This document shows, in pieces, positions 15,805 through 24,321 of a stretch of DNA of 39,513 nt (position 1 is its first letter; every line of letters starts with the position of its first letter). The DNA lies in the IMG/VR virus record IMGVR_UViG_3300020414_000324, positions 1 through 39,513 of that record; one strand, 5' to 3'. Both the position numbers and the translations under genes were made by a program. The notes beneath the pieces were generated by a model. That model was not told the origin of the DNA, made no database searches, and was given only the letters and a program-made list of their open reading frames with translations. This stretch comes from a virus (taxonomy: Duplodnaviria > Caudoviricetes).

Positions 15805-16347
15805 TTATGTTTGCAGATATACTCCTGCTAATCTTAACGCTTCAACTTCTGTTTCGTCAACTCGTCTTAACCACCCTCGACCAAAGGTATCGAAAGTCTT
15901 TAATTTTCTATAGTACCTACGTCTTGCCTCTGAATACTCCAGTACTAAATCTTCTTCACATCTTGTAGCAACCCACTCATCTACTTGTCTAAGTGTATTA
16001 GGGCCAATGGCACCATCAGCAGTAGCGCCGACAATAGTCTGGAGATATTTGGCCCCTCGCCCAGTACCAGCATTAACAGAAAAATCAAAGACGCACAAAT
16101 CAACACCGCTAGGTAACGAGTCTGCTTTGACTCTATCCCAGTAATTTTTTCTATAAATTGGTGCCACATCTTCAAACTCCAAGTCTTTCATGTCTTTTGT
16201 GAGTAAGTCATTTTCCATAACCCATTGTTCATAAACTCTCTTGGTAACACCAAGATTAGTTTCACCGCCTGGGTCTTTTGGGTGATTAACATAACCGCCC
16301 TCATGGTGAAGAATCATTTCCAAACATTTATCGTAGTTTTCTTTCAT
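15805..16347 (-). CDS. glycoside hydrolase family 108 lysozyme (endolysin) with peptidoglycan-binding domain
   Basis: HEGGYVNHPKDPGGETNLGVT, DGAIGPNT, FGRGWLRRV. Confidence 0.92.
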   Translation of the reverse strand: MKENYDKCLEMILHHEGGYVNHPKDPGGETNLGVTKRVYEQWVMENDLLTKDMKDLEFEDVAPIYRKNYWDRVKADSLPSGVDLCVFDFSVNAGTGRGAKYLQTIVGATADGAIGPNTLRQVDEWVATRCEEDLVLEYSEARRRYYRKLKTFDTFGRGWLRRVDETEVEALRLAGVYLQT

Positions 16348-16481
16348 CTACCTTGTCCTCTATATTTTTTATAACTTCTACGTTTGTGTTTGTTCATTGT
16401 AGAAGAAATAGGTTTTCTTCCAATGGAAGTACCTTTCTTAACTGGTTCATGTACTGCTGTTTGTCTGAATATTTTTGGCAT
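16344..16481 (-). CDS. small basic protein (45 aa, not in ORF track)
   Basis: MPKIFRQ...MNKHKRRSYKKYRGQGR; coupled to both neighbours (TAATG and ATGA overlaps). Confidence 0.75.
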   Translation of the reverse strand: MPKIFRQTAVHEPVKKGTSIGRKPISSTMNKHKRRSYKKYRGQGR

Positions 16482-17185
16482 TATGTTTCAATCCCTTTTT
16501 TTGTTTTCGCAATAAGATAACTGCGAACTAATCCAGACCGTACAATATCACCAATGTTAAATTCTATTGAAGATATCTCTTCCATGTCATCTAAGATTTC
16601 CATGAAATGAACCATACCCTCTTTTTCGCCGTTCTGTTTTAAATCGGTTTGGAAAAAATCTCCAGAGAATATAATCTTAGAGTCTTGTCCAACACGAGTC
16701 ATAATTGTATCTAGTTCATGAAAGTTCAAGTTCTGACATTCATCAACTAAAATAATACAGTTGTCTAATGTTATACCACGAAGAAATGAAGTTGTCAAGA
16801 ACATAACAGAACCTTGTGCTTTTAGTCTATCGTATAACATACTAAACGCTTGGTCTGATGGTTGTTCAAACATAAACTGCACCATGTTCTGATATGGTAC
16901 TTGGAACAACGCTGTCTTATCTTCTTCATCGCCAGGCAAGAAACCAATCTCTCTTGTAGGAACTGCACTTCTAACAACATATACAGTTTCATAAGGTGTA
17001 GATGGGTCTAATGCTTCTTGTAGTGCAAGGTACAATGAAACGAATGTTTTACCAGTTCCAGCAGCACCATGCAGAAATAAATTTTTACCTTTTTTGTATT
17101 CTGAAAATACTAACTTTTGATTATCAGTAATAGGTTTGATTGTAACTAAATCATCAATTTTTAAGTCTTGTTTTTTCGCCATCAC
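16481..17185 (-). CDS. phoH: PhoH-family ATPase
   Basis: GAAGTGKT, RSAVPTREIGFLPG, FLRGITL, VDECQN, DIVRSGLV. Confidence 0.95.
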   Translation of the reverse strand: MMAKKQDLKIDDLVTIKPITDNQKLVFSEYKKGKNLFLHGAAGTGKTFVSLYLALQEALDPSTPYETVYVVRSAVPTREIGFLPGDEEDKTALFQVPYQNMVQFMFEQPSDQAFSMLYDRLKAQGSVMFLTTSFLRGITLDNCIILVDECQNLNFHELDTIMTRVGQDSKIIFSGDFFQTDLKQNGEKEGMVHFMEILDDMEEISSIEFNIGDIVRSGLVRSYLIAKTKKGIET

Positions 17186-17478
17186 AATACTCCATGTTTT
17201 TTTAAGACTTGTCTTGTCTTGTGTTCTTTGATAGTCTTCTTATTATATTTATTACCCAATGGAGTAGTTGGGTGTGCTTCTGCAATCCTTGATAGATTCT
17301 CTTTCCACCCAGCATCAGTTTTAACTCTATCACCAGTTCCAGAAGCAGAAATAGAAAACATAGAAGGCGTTTGTTTTACGTCTGGATTCTGCTCTAAGAA
17401 CAAGTCTTTACCACTCAATGTAAAGAACTCTTCCCACTCTTCACCAGTTTTAGTATTCTTGAAATTATATGTCGGCAT
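17182..17478 (-). CDS. FmdB-like hypothetical protein
   Basis: MPTYNFKN.KTGEEWE N-terminus; usual phoH neighbour in marine T4-like phages. Confidence 0.6.
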   Translation of the reverse strand: MPTYNFKNTKTGEEWEEFFTLSGKDLFLEQNPDVKQTPSMFSISASGTGDRVKTDAGWKENLSRIAEAHPTTPLGNKYNKKTIKEHKTRQVLKKHGVL

Positions 17479-17758
17479 TGTCTTTATCCATCATTTCCAA
17501 CTCACTCTTACTATATATGGGTTCACTCTCACTTTGTAATTGAGTTAGTTGTTCTTGGAGTTTGACAACCGTTTTCTGCAATGCATGAATTTCTGATTGC
17601 ATATCTGCAACAGTTTTCTTCCACATATCTTCTCTTGACATAGTTGTCATGCGACTTCTTTCAAGTGTATTTTCTTGTCTAAGTTTCCAAAGCATCCAAT
17701 CGTAGTATCGTTCTGGCTCTGGGTCTTGAACCAAGTTGGTATCGGTCTGTTTTTCCAT
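17465..17758 (-). CDS. coiled-coil hypothetical protein (start uncertain: 17758 or 17650)
   Basis: ORF overlaps the denV-like 3' end; ATG 17650 is coupled to its stop. Confidence 0.55.
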   Translation of the reverse strand: MEKQTDTNLVQDPEPERYYDWMLWKLRQENTLERSRMTTMSREDMWKKTVADMQSEIHALQKTVVKLQEQLTQLQSESEPIYSKSELEMMDKDNADI

Positions 17759-18267
17759 GTTGCGAAACTCCTTTTTGCAACCTTGTAGAAGTTACGATAT
17801 GCTTGTACTGTATCGCCTTCAACCATACATTCTGGGAACATTTTCATTGCTTGTGGAACTGGTGTTGTATTACCTAGACTAGGCATATTCTTAGGTGGAT
17901 TTCTGAATATCCACCAATTGTCTTTTGCACCATGTTCTTTCCCATACCTATATGTATATTCATCACAAATCAACTTATAGTATGTGAACATTAACATATA
18001 GTTTTCTGTACACTCCCTTAACCAAATATTAGTAGGGTGATTAACATGACCAGCAAGATATAAATCTCTGTTCATCTTTCGGTCTGGGTGTTTCCACCGT
18101 TTTATCCTTGCACCATTTTTAGTTCTATCAATATATAACTCACCATCAAGAACCCTATGTGCAGTACTCAACATCTGTTTGTACTCTGTTGGCATCTTGA
18201 CAATGTGTTTATCACAATGATACTGAATAGACTTAAATGGGTCTTCATCTAAGTAAAAAAAGTTCAT
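17647..18267 (-). CDS. denV: pyrimidine-dimer DNA glycosylase / endonuclease V-like
   Basis: MNFFYLD, HCDKHIVKM..E..QMLSTAHR, HVNHP, EYTYRYGK.H, AYRNFY. Confidence 0.75.
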   Translation of the reverse strand: MNFFYLDEDPFKSIQYHCDKHIVKMPTEYKQMLSTAHRVLDGELYIDRTKNGARIKRWKHPDRKMNRDLYLAGHVNHPTNIWLRECTENYMLMFTYYKLICDEYTYRYGKEHGAKDNWWIFRNPPKNMPSLGNTTPVPQAMKMFPECMVEGDTVQAYRNFYKVAKRSFATWKNRPIPTWFKTQSQNDTTIGCFGNLDKKIHLKEVA

Positions 18268-18524
18268 AATGATTTTATCCTATCCAATGTGTCTTTTATC
18301 TTATCTTCATTTGCATAACCGATTACATCATCAGTAATAGGTGTACTGTAACACAAATCACCATCAGAGTCAAGTACAGCGATTTCATATAATCCTCTAT
18401 CGTTACCATAAGAACCAGAGTGTTTAACTACAGATGCACCGAACCCATTATCAAATTTATAGATGAATCCGTGTCCATCATGAATTTTAACTTTTTCTTT
18501 GTAACCCTCAATCATTTTTCCCAC
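18264..18524 (-). CDS. hypothetical protein
   Basis: YKFDNGFGASVV...GLYEIAVL...TPITDDVIGY, common phage small protein. Confidence 0.75.
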   Translation of the reverse strand: MGKMIEGYKEKVKIHDGHGFIYKFDNGFGASVVKHSGSYGNDRGLYEIAVLDSDGDLCYSTPITDDVIGYANEDKIKDTLDRIKSL

Positions 18525-19021
18525 CTATAAAATATATGGTCTGCAATTTCAACTGTCTTGGTTTTTGTATTTCTCCACTCTGGAAAAACATAATCAGCAT
18601 GATAGTGTGTTGCACCCTCTGTAAAATCTACGATTTGAATTCTATCGTAAACTAAATCCTTTGCCATATCTAACATTTTTGCATAGGTAGTAGGTTCTTT
18701 AGGGTCATCACTTTTACCATCACAGAACCAACTAAACTGACAACGATTTCTAATAGGATAGAATATACCGTTCTTTTTCCAAGACTCTCTTGTTGGGCCT
18801 TGTTCTACTACAGAACAAATTGTATTAGGAAATCTATCATCTTTAACCCTATTCATTACAACTAATGATACTGCAAACTGACCAGCAAGACCTTGATTCC
18901 TTGCCTCGTAATACATATTTTTTGCAAGACAAGTTGCTTCCAGTTCTCTAAATTCATTGACCTCTGTAACATTTGCAGAGGTCGTTGAAATCATAAATGA
19001 CATCACAATTTCTTTAAGCAT
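18512..19021 (-). CDS. SleB-like cell wall hydrolase (Hydrolase_2)
   Basis: CLAKNMYYEARNQ, VVMNRV..RFPNTICSVV, CQFSW, GATHYHA, HIFY; start at 19021 preferred. Confidence 0.9.
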   Translation of the reverse strand: MLKEIVMSFMISTTSANVTEVNEFRELEATCLAKNMYYEARNQGLAGQFAVSLVVMNRVKDDRFPNTICSVVEQGPTRESWKKNGIFYPIRNRCQFSWFCDGKSDDPKEPTTYAKMLDMAKDLVYDRIQIVDFTEGATHYHADYVFPEWRNTKTKTVEIADHIFYRWEK

Positions 19022-19286
19022 TCTTTTCCACCATAAAAGCGTCAAGATACTCTGGGTTTGAAGTTTGTAGATTGTAAACACTACCGAAGTACTTTTCAAA
19101 AGTCCTCAACAGATTAATATAATCACCAGACTTCATTTCATTCATGATACTGTCTTGTTGGTCTTTTTCAAAACCACTTTTTTCCATTGTGGATTTCGCC
19201 ATACCCAAAAGAACAAAAGCGTTCCCTTGAGGGCCATCTAAATCTACGATTGTAGTATTAGACCTTTTCTTTGCAACTATTGTCAT
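19014..19286 (-). CDS. hypothetical protein
   Basis: DLDGPQGNAFVLLG...EMKSGDY motif; GGGAG RBS. Confidence 0.75.
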   Translation of the reverse strand: MTIVAKKRSNTTIVDLDGPQGNAFVLLGMAKSTMEKSGFEKDQQDSIMNEMKSGDYINLLRTFEKYFGSVYNLQTSNPEYLDAFMVEKNA

Positions 19287-19298
19287 ATCAACTCCCTA

Positions 19299-19514
19299 TT
19301 ACCAAATTTTAGTTCCATTTTCAGCAGACTTTTGCATTTCAAAAATCTCTGCCTGTTCTGTCATGAATTGGTCTTGCAACTCTGCATCAACCATACCCAT
19401 GAAACTTTTAGTCAAGTACTTCCACTTACTGACAAGAAGATTTGCAGCCTTCTGCTTCTCTTCATCTGAAAGTCGTGCAAGTGACTCTACGAATTCTTCC
19501 GCTGTAATTTTCAT
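19299..19514 (-). CDS. hypothetical protein
   Basis: 71 aa ORF, GGAG RBS, coupled. Confidence 0.7.
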   Translation of the reverse strand: MKITAEEFVESLARLSDEEKQKAANLLVSKWKYLTKSFMGMVDAELQDQFMTEQAEIFEMQKSAENGTKIW

Positions 19515-19819
19515 ACTGCTTCTCCATCAAGTGTTTTAAATCCAAACGAGGCAACTACATATTTTTTGTTACCAACCAATATTTGGTCGCCAACTGAAGT
19601 AGACCTCAATCCATAACCACTAGAAATATCACCAACAACAGTAACATTGTCATTAGCATCGGCGTCAATCTTTAATGACCAACTACCCATGATATTCTGT
19701 GTCCAACGATATGCGTACTCAAGTTTCTCAATTAATGTTGGAAACTCTGGTACTTTAACAAATGCAACGGTTGATGGTTTATCCTCAAACGCTGTATGAA
19801 TAACTGCAACTTGTTCCAT
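19511..19819 (-). CDS. hypothetical protein
   Basis: RSTSVGD motif typical of small early phage proteins. Confidence 0.7.
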   Translation of the reverse strand: MEQVAVIHTAFEDKPSTVAFVKVPEFPTLIEKLEYAYRWTQNIMGSWSLKIDADANDNVTVVGDISSGYGLRSTSVGDQILVGNKKYVVASFGFKTLDGEAV

Positions 19820-19998
19820 TATTTACTCTCCACTATTTTAATTTCACCCTTAGCGATTTTTTCTTTGAACATATTCAACCATGAAACAGCCATTGACTTT
19901 TCATCACTTGCTCCCTCAGAAATGTTAATTATACAACTTTCAAAAGTATCCAAATACTTTTTTGTTGTTTCGTCTTGAAAAATATCTAATTGAACCAT
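19819..19998 (-). CDS. small hypothetical protein (59 aa, not in ORF track)
   Basis: MVQLDIFQDETT...; GAGGAG RBS; directly behind promoter 20026-20054. Confidence 0.7.
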   Translation of the reverse strand: MVQLDIFQDETTKKYLDTFESCIINISEGASDEKSMAVSWLNMFKEKIAKGEIKIVESK

Positions 19999-20025
19999 TA
20001 CTAACTCCTCTTTTTGATTCTCTTT

Positions 20026-20054
20026 ATACTACCATGTTCTGACAACAATGTCAA
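20026..20054 (-). promoter_or_regulatory. sigma70-type early promoter with TGTT-N5-AACA spacer palindrome
   Basis: TTGACA-17bp-TAGTAT. Confidence 0.8.
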
Positions 20055-20272
20055 GTCGTTTCTATCATACAACCGAAAGTATTTTTCACCACAAAAGTAG
20101 TATCTGTACTTTCTGACATTTCATTCAGAACCATTTTTTCTTCCTCTGCATTTCCCAAACATTGATGTAGAGAAACAATTTCTGGTTGTTTATCTGGTTG
20201 ACATTTTAAAATTGCCCAACCATCTATTGCATTTCCATTGTTGTCAAACATCATATTACTCCATTTTCCCAA
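20051..20272 (-). CDS. hypothetical protein
   Basis: 73 aa ORF in early operon; exact start uncertain. Confidence 0.6.
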   Translation of the reverse strand: MGKWSNMMFDNNGNAIDGWAILKCQPDKQPEIVSLHQCLGNAEEEKMVLNEMSESTDTTFVVKNTFGCMIETT

Positions 20273-20676
20273 ACGTCATCTGCAAGTTTCTTTTCCATTC
20301 TATATGCCTCTTTCTCCCAAGGCAAATCCCAATAGTTGGTATCCTCTGCAATGTACTGTTTCTTCCACCTTGCTTTACCTTTTACGATACCATCATTCAT
20401 TTCATTTCTTGCATACTGTTTGACATGAACCATTTCATGACACAATGCCTGAACCATATCTTTAATACTCAAACCTTTATCAAGTTCGATATTAAAGTTT
20501 CTATTGGTATCTAACATCATACAAAAACCAACAGCATCACTTTTGATTTTTACCAAATCAACAGTAATATCTAAAGTACGAAATCTAGGAAGTAGTTTCT
20601 TAATCATATGACCAACTACTTTATGACAGATTTCTTTCTGTACTTTATTTCCACCATTTACTTCAACGAAGTTCAT
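20251..20676 (-). CDS. SprT-like zincin metalloprotease
   Basis: HEMVH (HExxH) and PWEKEAY motifs. Confidence 0.75.
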   Translation of the reverse strand: MNFVEVNGGNKVQKEICHKVVGHMIKKLLPRFRTLDITVDLVKIKSDAVGFCMMLDTNRNFNIELDKGLSIKDMVQALCHEMVHVKQYARNEMNDGIVKGKARWKKQYIAEDTNYWDLPWEKEAYRMEKKLADDVWENGVI

Positions 20677-20849
20677 TACTGACTCATATCCTCAAACATT
20701 TTGTCAACCAACGCTATAATCAAATTGTCAACAGCGTTACTTTCACTAATGTTGTTATCCTCTAATGCAGTTATAAACTCATCAACTGTCATTGAAGATA
20801 CTTTATCTGTGAGATTTTCTCTCAATATTGTATTTACTTCACAACTCAT
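20676..20849 (-). CDS. small acidic hypothetical protein (57 aa, not in ORF track)
   Basis: MSCEVNTILRENL...; first gene after promoter 20878-20906; TAATG coupling. Confidence 0.65.
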   Translation of the reverse strand: MSCEVNTILRENLTDKVSSMTVDEFITALEDNNISESNAVDNLIIALVDKMFEDMSQ

Positions 20850-20877
20850 TTTTTCTCTCTTTCTTAACTATACTTAC

Positions 20878-20928
20878 ATCTTATATTGTTTTGAGAACAT
20901 TGTCAAGTCTATTTTTAAATCATTGATT
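20878..20928 (-). promoter_or_regulatory. early promoter plus IHF-consensus site
   Basis: TTGACA-17bp-TAAGAT; AATCAAtgatTTA at 20916-20928. Confidence 0.75.
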
Positions 20929-20950
20929 TTATTGAATTTTTTAGGGGGGC

Positions 20951-20986
20951 AAAATAAAAATGGGGGGTCATAATACCCCCCATTTT
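20951..20986 (-). terminator. intrinsic terminator (possibly bidirectional)
   Basis: 12-bp stem AAAATGGGGGGT/ACCCCCCATTTT, 6-nt loop, T tract on minus strand. Confidence 0.8.
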
Positions 20987-21003
20987 CTCACGATTCGCAA
21001 GGT

Positions 21004-21162
21004 TTATTGTAATTGACCATTTTTGCTCATTACATAAACTCCTCGAATCATGAAGGCAACACTCGCAAGAGATGTCCAGACTAGTGTTGAGAGAGAGGAG
21101 TCAGCTCCGTCCATCCCACCAGCAAACATTGCCAATAACATACCAATACCAAAACTAATCAT
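21004..21162 (-). CDS. small two-TM membrane protein (52 aa, not in ORF track)
   Basis: MISFGIGMLLAMFAGG...; GGAG RBS; own promoter TTGACA-17-TATAAC at 21198-21226. Confidence 0.7.
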   Translation of the reverse strand: MISFGIGMLLAMFAGGMDGADSSLSTLVWTSLASVAFMIRGVYVMSKNGQLQ

Positions 21163-21215
21163 AATATACTCCGAATCAATTTCAACTCACATTATTAGTT
21201 ATACACTATTGTATG

Positions 21216-21674
21216 TTATTTGTCAAGTCTCATGTAGTCATCATTCCAATTAAATGCTTTTTTGACAACTTCATGTGACAATCCTTTATATTTTTGATGT
21301 AACTTTTTATCTTTTGCATGGACAAGAAGTTCTGCTTCTTCTTTATGCAAACCCTCTAACATCTGTACAAACATAGTTTCTTTTCTCATTCTTGGGGTTT
21401 TATTATCTGCACCCTCAATAAAGTGCCATAACTTTTTTGCCTCTTGAACTAGTAAAGTATGTTCAGTACCCTCAGGCGCTTCATTAGGTTTGTAAGGAAC
21501 ATCACCCTCTGGTAGCACCCATTTAATCTTTGGGTCAAAAGAAGATTTGATTACCATTCTCAAAGAATCATTATCATGCTTCTTTAGAACTTCAATCTTC
21601 TTATCCTTAGTTTTTGCATTGTTCACTTTTTTAAGAACCTCTGCAAAACTAGGTGTATATGTATCAATTGCCAT
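21216..21674 (-). CDS. conserved T4-like hypothetical protein (RNase H neighbour)
   Basis: FDPKIKWVLPEGDVPY, ETMFVQMLEGLH.EEA. Confidence 0.8.
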   Translation of the reverse strand: MAIDTYTPSFAEVLKKVNNAKTKDKKIEVLKKHDNDSLRMVIKSSFDPKIKWVLPEGDVPYKPNEAPEGTEHTLLVQEAKKLWHFIEGADNKTPRMRKETMFVQMLEGLHKEEAELLVHAKDKKLHQKYKGLSHEVVKKAFNWNDDYMRLDK

Positions 21675-22528
21675 TAGAAATCTCCTATATTTTCCATTAA
21701 GGACTTTAGTTTTTTCTTAATAAAATAATTAAGTAAATGTTTACGATTACCCTCTGGAGCGTCCAAGAAAGTTTCTGTACACTTTTCTTTAATGTCATCT
21801 GGAATATAAGATAGGTCTATAAGAGTTCTATTTCTTTGATAGTTTCTCATCATCTCTTCATTACAGTAATCACTTGGCTCCAAGTCAATCCATGCCTCTA
21901 ATTTACGTTTCGACAATGGTCTTTGTCGTAACTCATCTACAAAAGTATTATCTGGCGACAGAAAGTTTGGAACACCATCACCTCTATCACCTTTTAAGAT
22001 ATGTTCTTTAATATATGTAGTAGGGTCTACACCGTTAACAAATTTCTTTTGCATTGGACTATATTGTGATACAAAGTTATACTTCTGCAATTGTATGAAG
22101 TCTTTATCACTTGATAGTATCAATACCTTTTCATAATTCTTTGGTTCAGATGCAACATGAAATACAACAGATGCAATGATATCATCTGCTTCTGCATTAT
22201 CCACTTCTAAAACTTTGTATGGGAAAAATTCGGTTAGTTCACTTTTAATCATGTGTAGTGTATCAAAGATATTATTCCAATCTAACTTAGATTCTTTTCT
22301 ACCTTTTCTACGACTATGTTTATAATTAGGAAAGTATTCTCTACGCCAATTAGTCTTGTTATCATAACATAGCACTAATTCTCCAAACTCACCTTGAAAC
22401 TTGGAGCGATAACTTCTCAAAGAATTTAGAACCATATGCCTTACAAAGTCTGGTTCAACATTTTTACTTCCACCTAGTTGCACCATCAGATTAGATAGTG
22501 TAACTTGATTCATATCAACTAGTATCAT
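21674..22528 (-). CDS. rnh: T4 RNase H / 5'-3' exonuclease
   Basis: MILVDMNQ, WRREYFPNYK, AEADDII, SSDKDFIQL, GDRGDGVPN. Confidence 0.95.
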   Translation of the reverse strand: MILVDMNQVTLSNLMVQLGGSKNVEPDFVRHMVLNSLRSYRSKFQGEFGELVLCYDNKTNWRREYFPNYKHSRRKGRKESKLDWNNIFDTLHMIKSELTEFFPYKVLEVDNAEADDIIASVVFHVASEPKNYEKVLILSSDKDFIQLQKYNFVSQYSPMQKKFVNGVDPTTYIKEHILKGDRGDGVPNFLSPDNTFVDELRQRPLSKRKLEAWIDLEPSDYCNEEMMRNYQRNRTLIDLSYIPDDIKEKCTETFLDAPEGNRKHLLNYFIKKKLKSLMENIGDF

Positions 22529-22898
22529 CTTCCTTTTTACTTATCAAGTCCTCTAATAAATTAAGGTCTACTTTAGTCGTAATAGTATTCGCTTTTTCGT
22601 CAAGTTTTGGTTTTACTATTGCTTCCATAAAAGGTTGCATAGGGTGTTTAAAACCAATATCACGATAAAGTATTCCTCGTACCACTTCATTTAAAAAAGA
22701 TATATCACCAATAAATCTTTCATTCTTTATATCAATACCATTCTCACCAATATTGTGAATCAATCCAATCATGAGTCCCTCTGCAAGATTATCAGCAAAA
22801 TCTAAATCTTCAGATGCACTTGTTGGATTGACATTCACAATCACAGGCATTTTCTTGCCATTAAATTTCTTTGGGAATTTTATGATATTGTCGGTCAT
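22515..22898 (-). CDS. hypothetical protein
   Basis: 127 aa, MTDNIIKFP start, coupled. Confidence 0.75.
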   Translation of the reverse strand: MTDNIIKFPKKFNGKKMPVIVNVNPTSASEDLDFADNLAEGLMIGLIHNIGENGIDIKNERFIGDISFLNEVVRGILYRDIGFKHPMQPFMEAIVKPKLDEKANTITTKVDLNLLEDLISKKEDDTS

Positions 22899-23182
22899 TA
22901 ATAACCTAACTCCTGCTTTCTTTTTTCCATCTTACGTTGCCACCTTCTCTTACCAGCAGCCTTTGCTCTTCTGTTCTTTTCACCTCTTGATTGAAAAAAA
23001 CTTCTTTCACGAAGTTCTTGAAAAAGACCCTCTTTCATAAGTTTCTTTTTCAGAACACGAATAGCACCGTTTATATCAGATGTAGTTGTTCCGTCTTTAT
23101 TCTTAATTTGACGTACTGTAACAGTCATTCCACTATCTTTCTGTCTGTCTTTATATTTATTATTCTTTCTAAAGTATCTCAT
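22898..23182 (-). CDS. rpsU: ribosomal protein bS21
   Basis: VTVR...INGAIRVLKKKLMKEGLFQELRERSFFQSRGEKNRRAKAAGKRR matches the S21 pattern. Confidence 0.88.
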   Translation of the reverse strand: MRYFRKNNKYKDRQKDSGMTVTVRQIKNKDGTTTSDINGAIRVLKKKLMKEGLFQELRERSFFQSRGEKNRRAKAAGKRRWQRKMEKRKQELGY

Positions 23183-23858
23183 TGTTCTCCTTTATTTCTG
23201 ATTTAATTAATTTATCTAACTTCTTTGCTTCTTCAGTTTTAGAATTATTAACTGATTTATCAAGTTCCTTAAATGCTTCATTAGCTTTAATTTTAGACAT
23301 TAACATTTTGTCTTTTTTAAGACGATTAAGAAGTATTTTTTGCGCTTCTTCATCAGAATACTCTAAGAGAACATATACACGATATTGAATACCGTTTGAT
23401 ACAATCTTAGATTCTTTTACTTTATAACCAGCAACATCTACATCTGCAATGATGTTTTTAGTTGCAGTTGAAATCTCATTTATCACAGAAGCGTCTGCAT
23501 CAGTAGAACCCACTTTTGTCATAAATGATTTAGTAATAGAATTCAATCTACCATTAATCCTATCTGCAAGAGTTGTCTTTGCACTTAGGATTGCAATATC
23601 ATTTGATAATTGTAACTCTGGTGATATAGCAGTACCAACTGCATAGATAGCATCTTCATTATCAGGCATCTTAGTATACCAATCTGGAACTTTAACGACT
23701 TGTTCCTCTACTATCTTTGATTTATGTTCATATGCTTTTTTTACTGCAAACGGTGTAATCTTATTTGCAGTATCAATATTGTCTGTAGTCTTATTAAAGA
23801 TACTACAGGCAGACATCAGTACACCCATTGCACCAATTGTTACGACTTGTTTTAACAT
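23169..23858 (-). CDS. LPP20-like lipoprotein
   Basis: lipobox LMSAC; VPDWY, IYAVGTA, YRVYVLLEY. Confidence 0.75.
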   Translation of the reverse strand: MLKQVVTIGAMGVLMSACSIFNKTTDNIDTANKITPFAVKKAYEHKSKIVEEQVVKVPDWYTKMPDNEDAIYAVGTAISPELQLSNDIAILSAKTTLADRINGRLNSITKSFMTKVGSTDADASVINEISTATKNIIADVDVAGYKVKESKIVSNGIQYRVYVLLEYSDEEAQKILLNRLKKDKMLMSKIKANEAFKELDKSVNNSKTEEAKKLDKLIKSEIKENNEIL

Positions 23859-23998
23859 TATTTCACCTCTTTCAATGTGTTAACGATATTATCACGAGCA
23901 CCACTTTCAATAAACAATTGTTTGGTGGTCGTAGTTATTTGTGGATAATATGTCGCTATAAAAATACCACAAACAATTCCTAAAAATATTTTCATCAT
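23858..23998 (-). CDS. small membrane protein (46 aa, not in ORF track)
   Basis: MMKIFLGIVCGIFIATYYPQ...; coupled at both ends. Confidence 0.65.
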   Translation of the reverse strand: MMKIFLGIVCGIFIATYYPQITTTTKQLFIESGARDNIVNTLKEVK

Positions 23999-24309
23999 CA
24001 ATCAATCCTCACCTTAAAGAAATCAAAAATAGAAAGCAGATTGGTATCATAATTTCCATAATAGCCTGTTGGGTCTGGACTATGACCAACCCTAATAGGT
24101 TTGAAATTATCAGACCAATGTGGTTTCTTTTTCTTCTTATTTTCTAGATAATTTACAATAATGGTAGGTGGTGAATCACAAACATATTCTGTTTTAGAAT
24201 TTACTATCTTACCATTTTCGTATTGCACAATTTTTACATAATCACAATCTTGTGCAAAAGTAGGGTTGCCAATCATACAGATGGCAACCGCCATAATCAT
24301 TTTTTTCAT
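23998..24309 (-). CDS. exported hypothetical protein
   Basis: signal peptide; promoter TTGACA-17-TAGTGT at 24316-24344, 6 nt before the ATG. Confidence 0.7.
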   Translation of the reverse strand: MKKMIMAVAICMIGNPTFAQDCDYVKIVQYENGKIVNSKTEYVCDSPPTIIVNYLENKKKKKPHWSDNFKPIRVGHSPDPTGYYGNYDTNLLSIFDFFKVRID

Positions 24310-24321
24310 TTCTCTACACTA

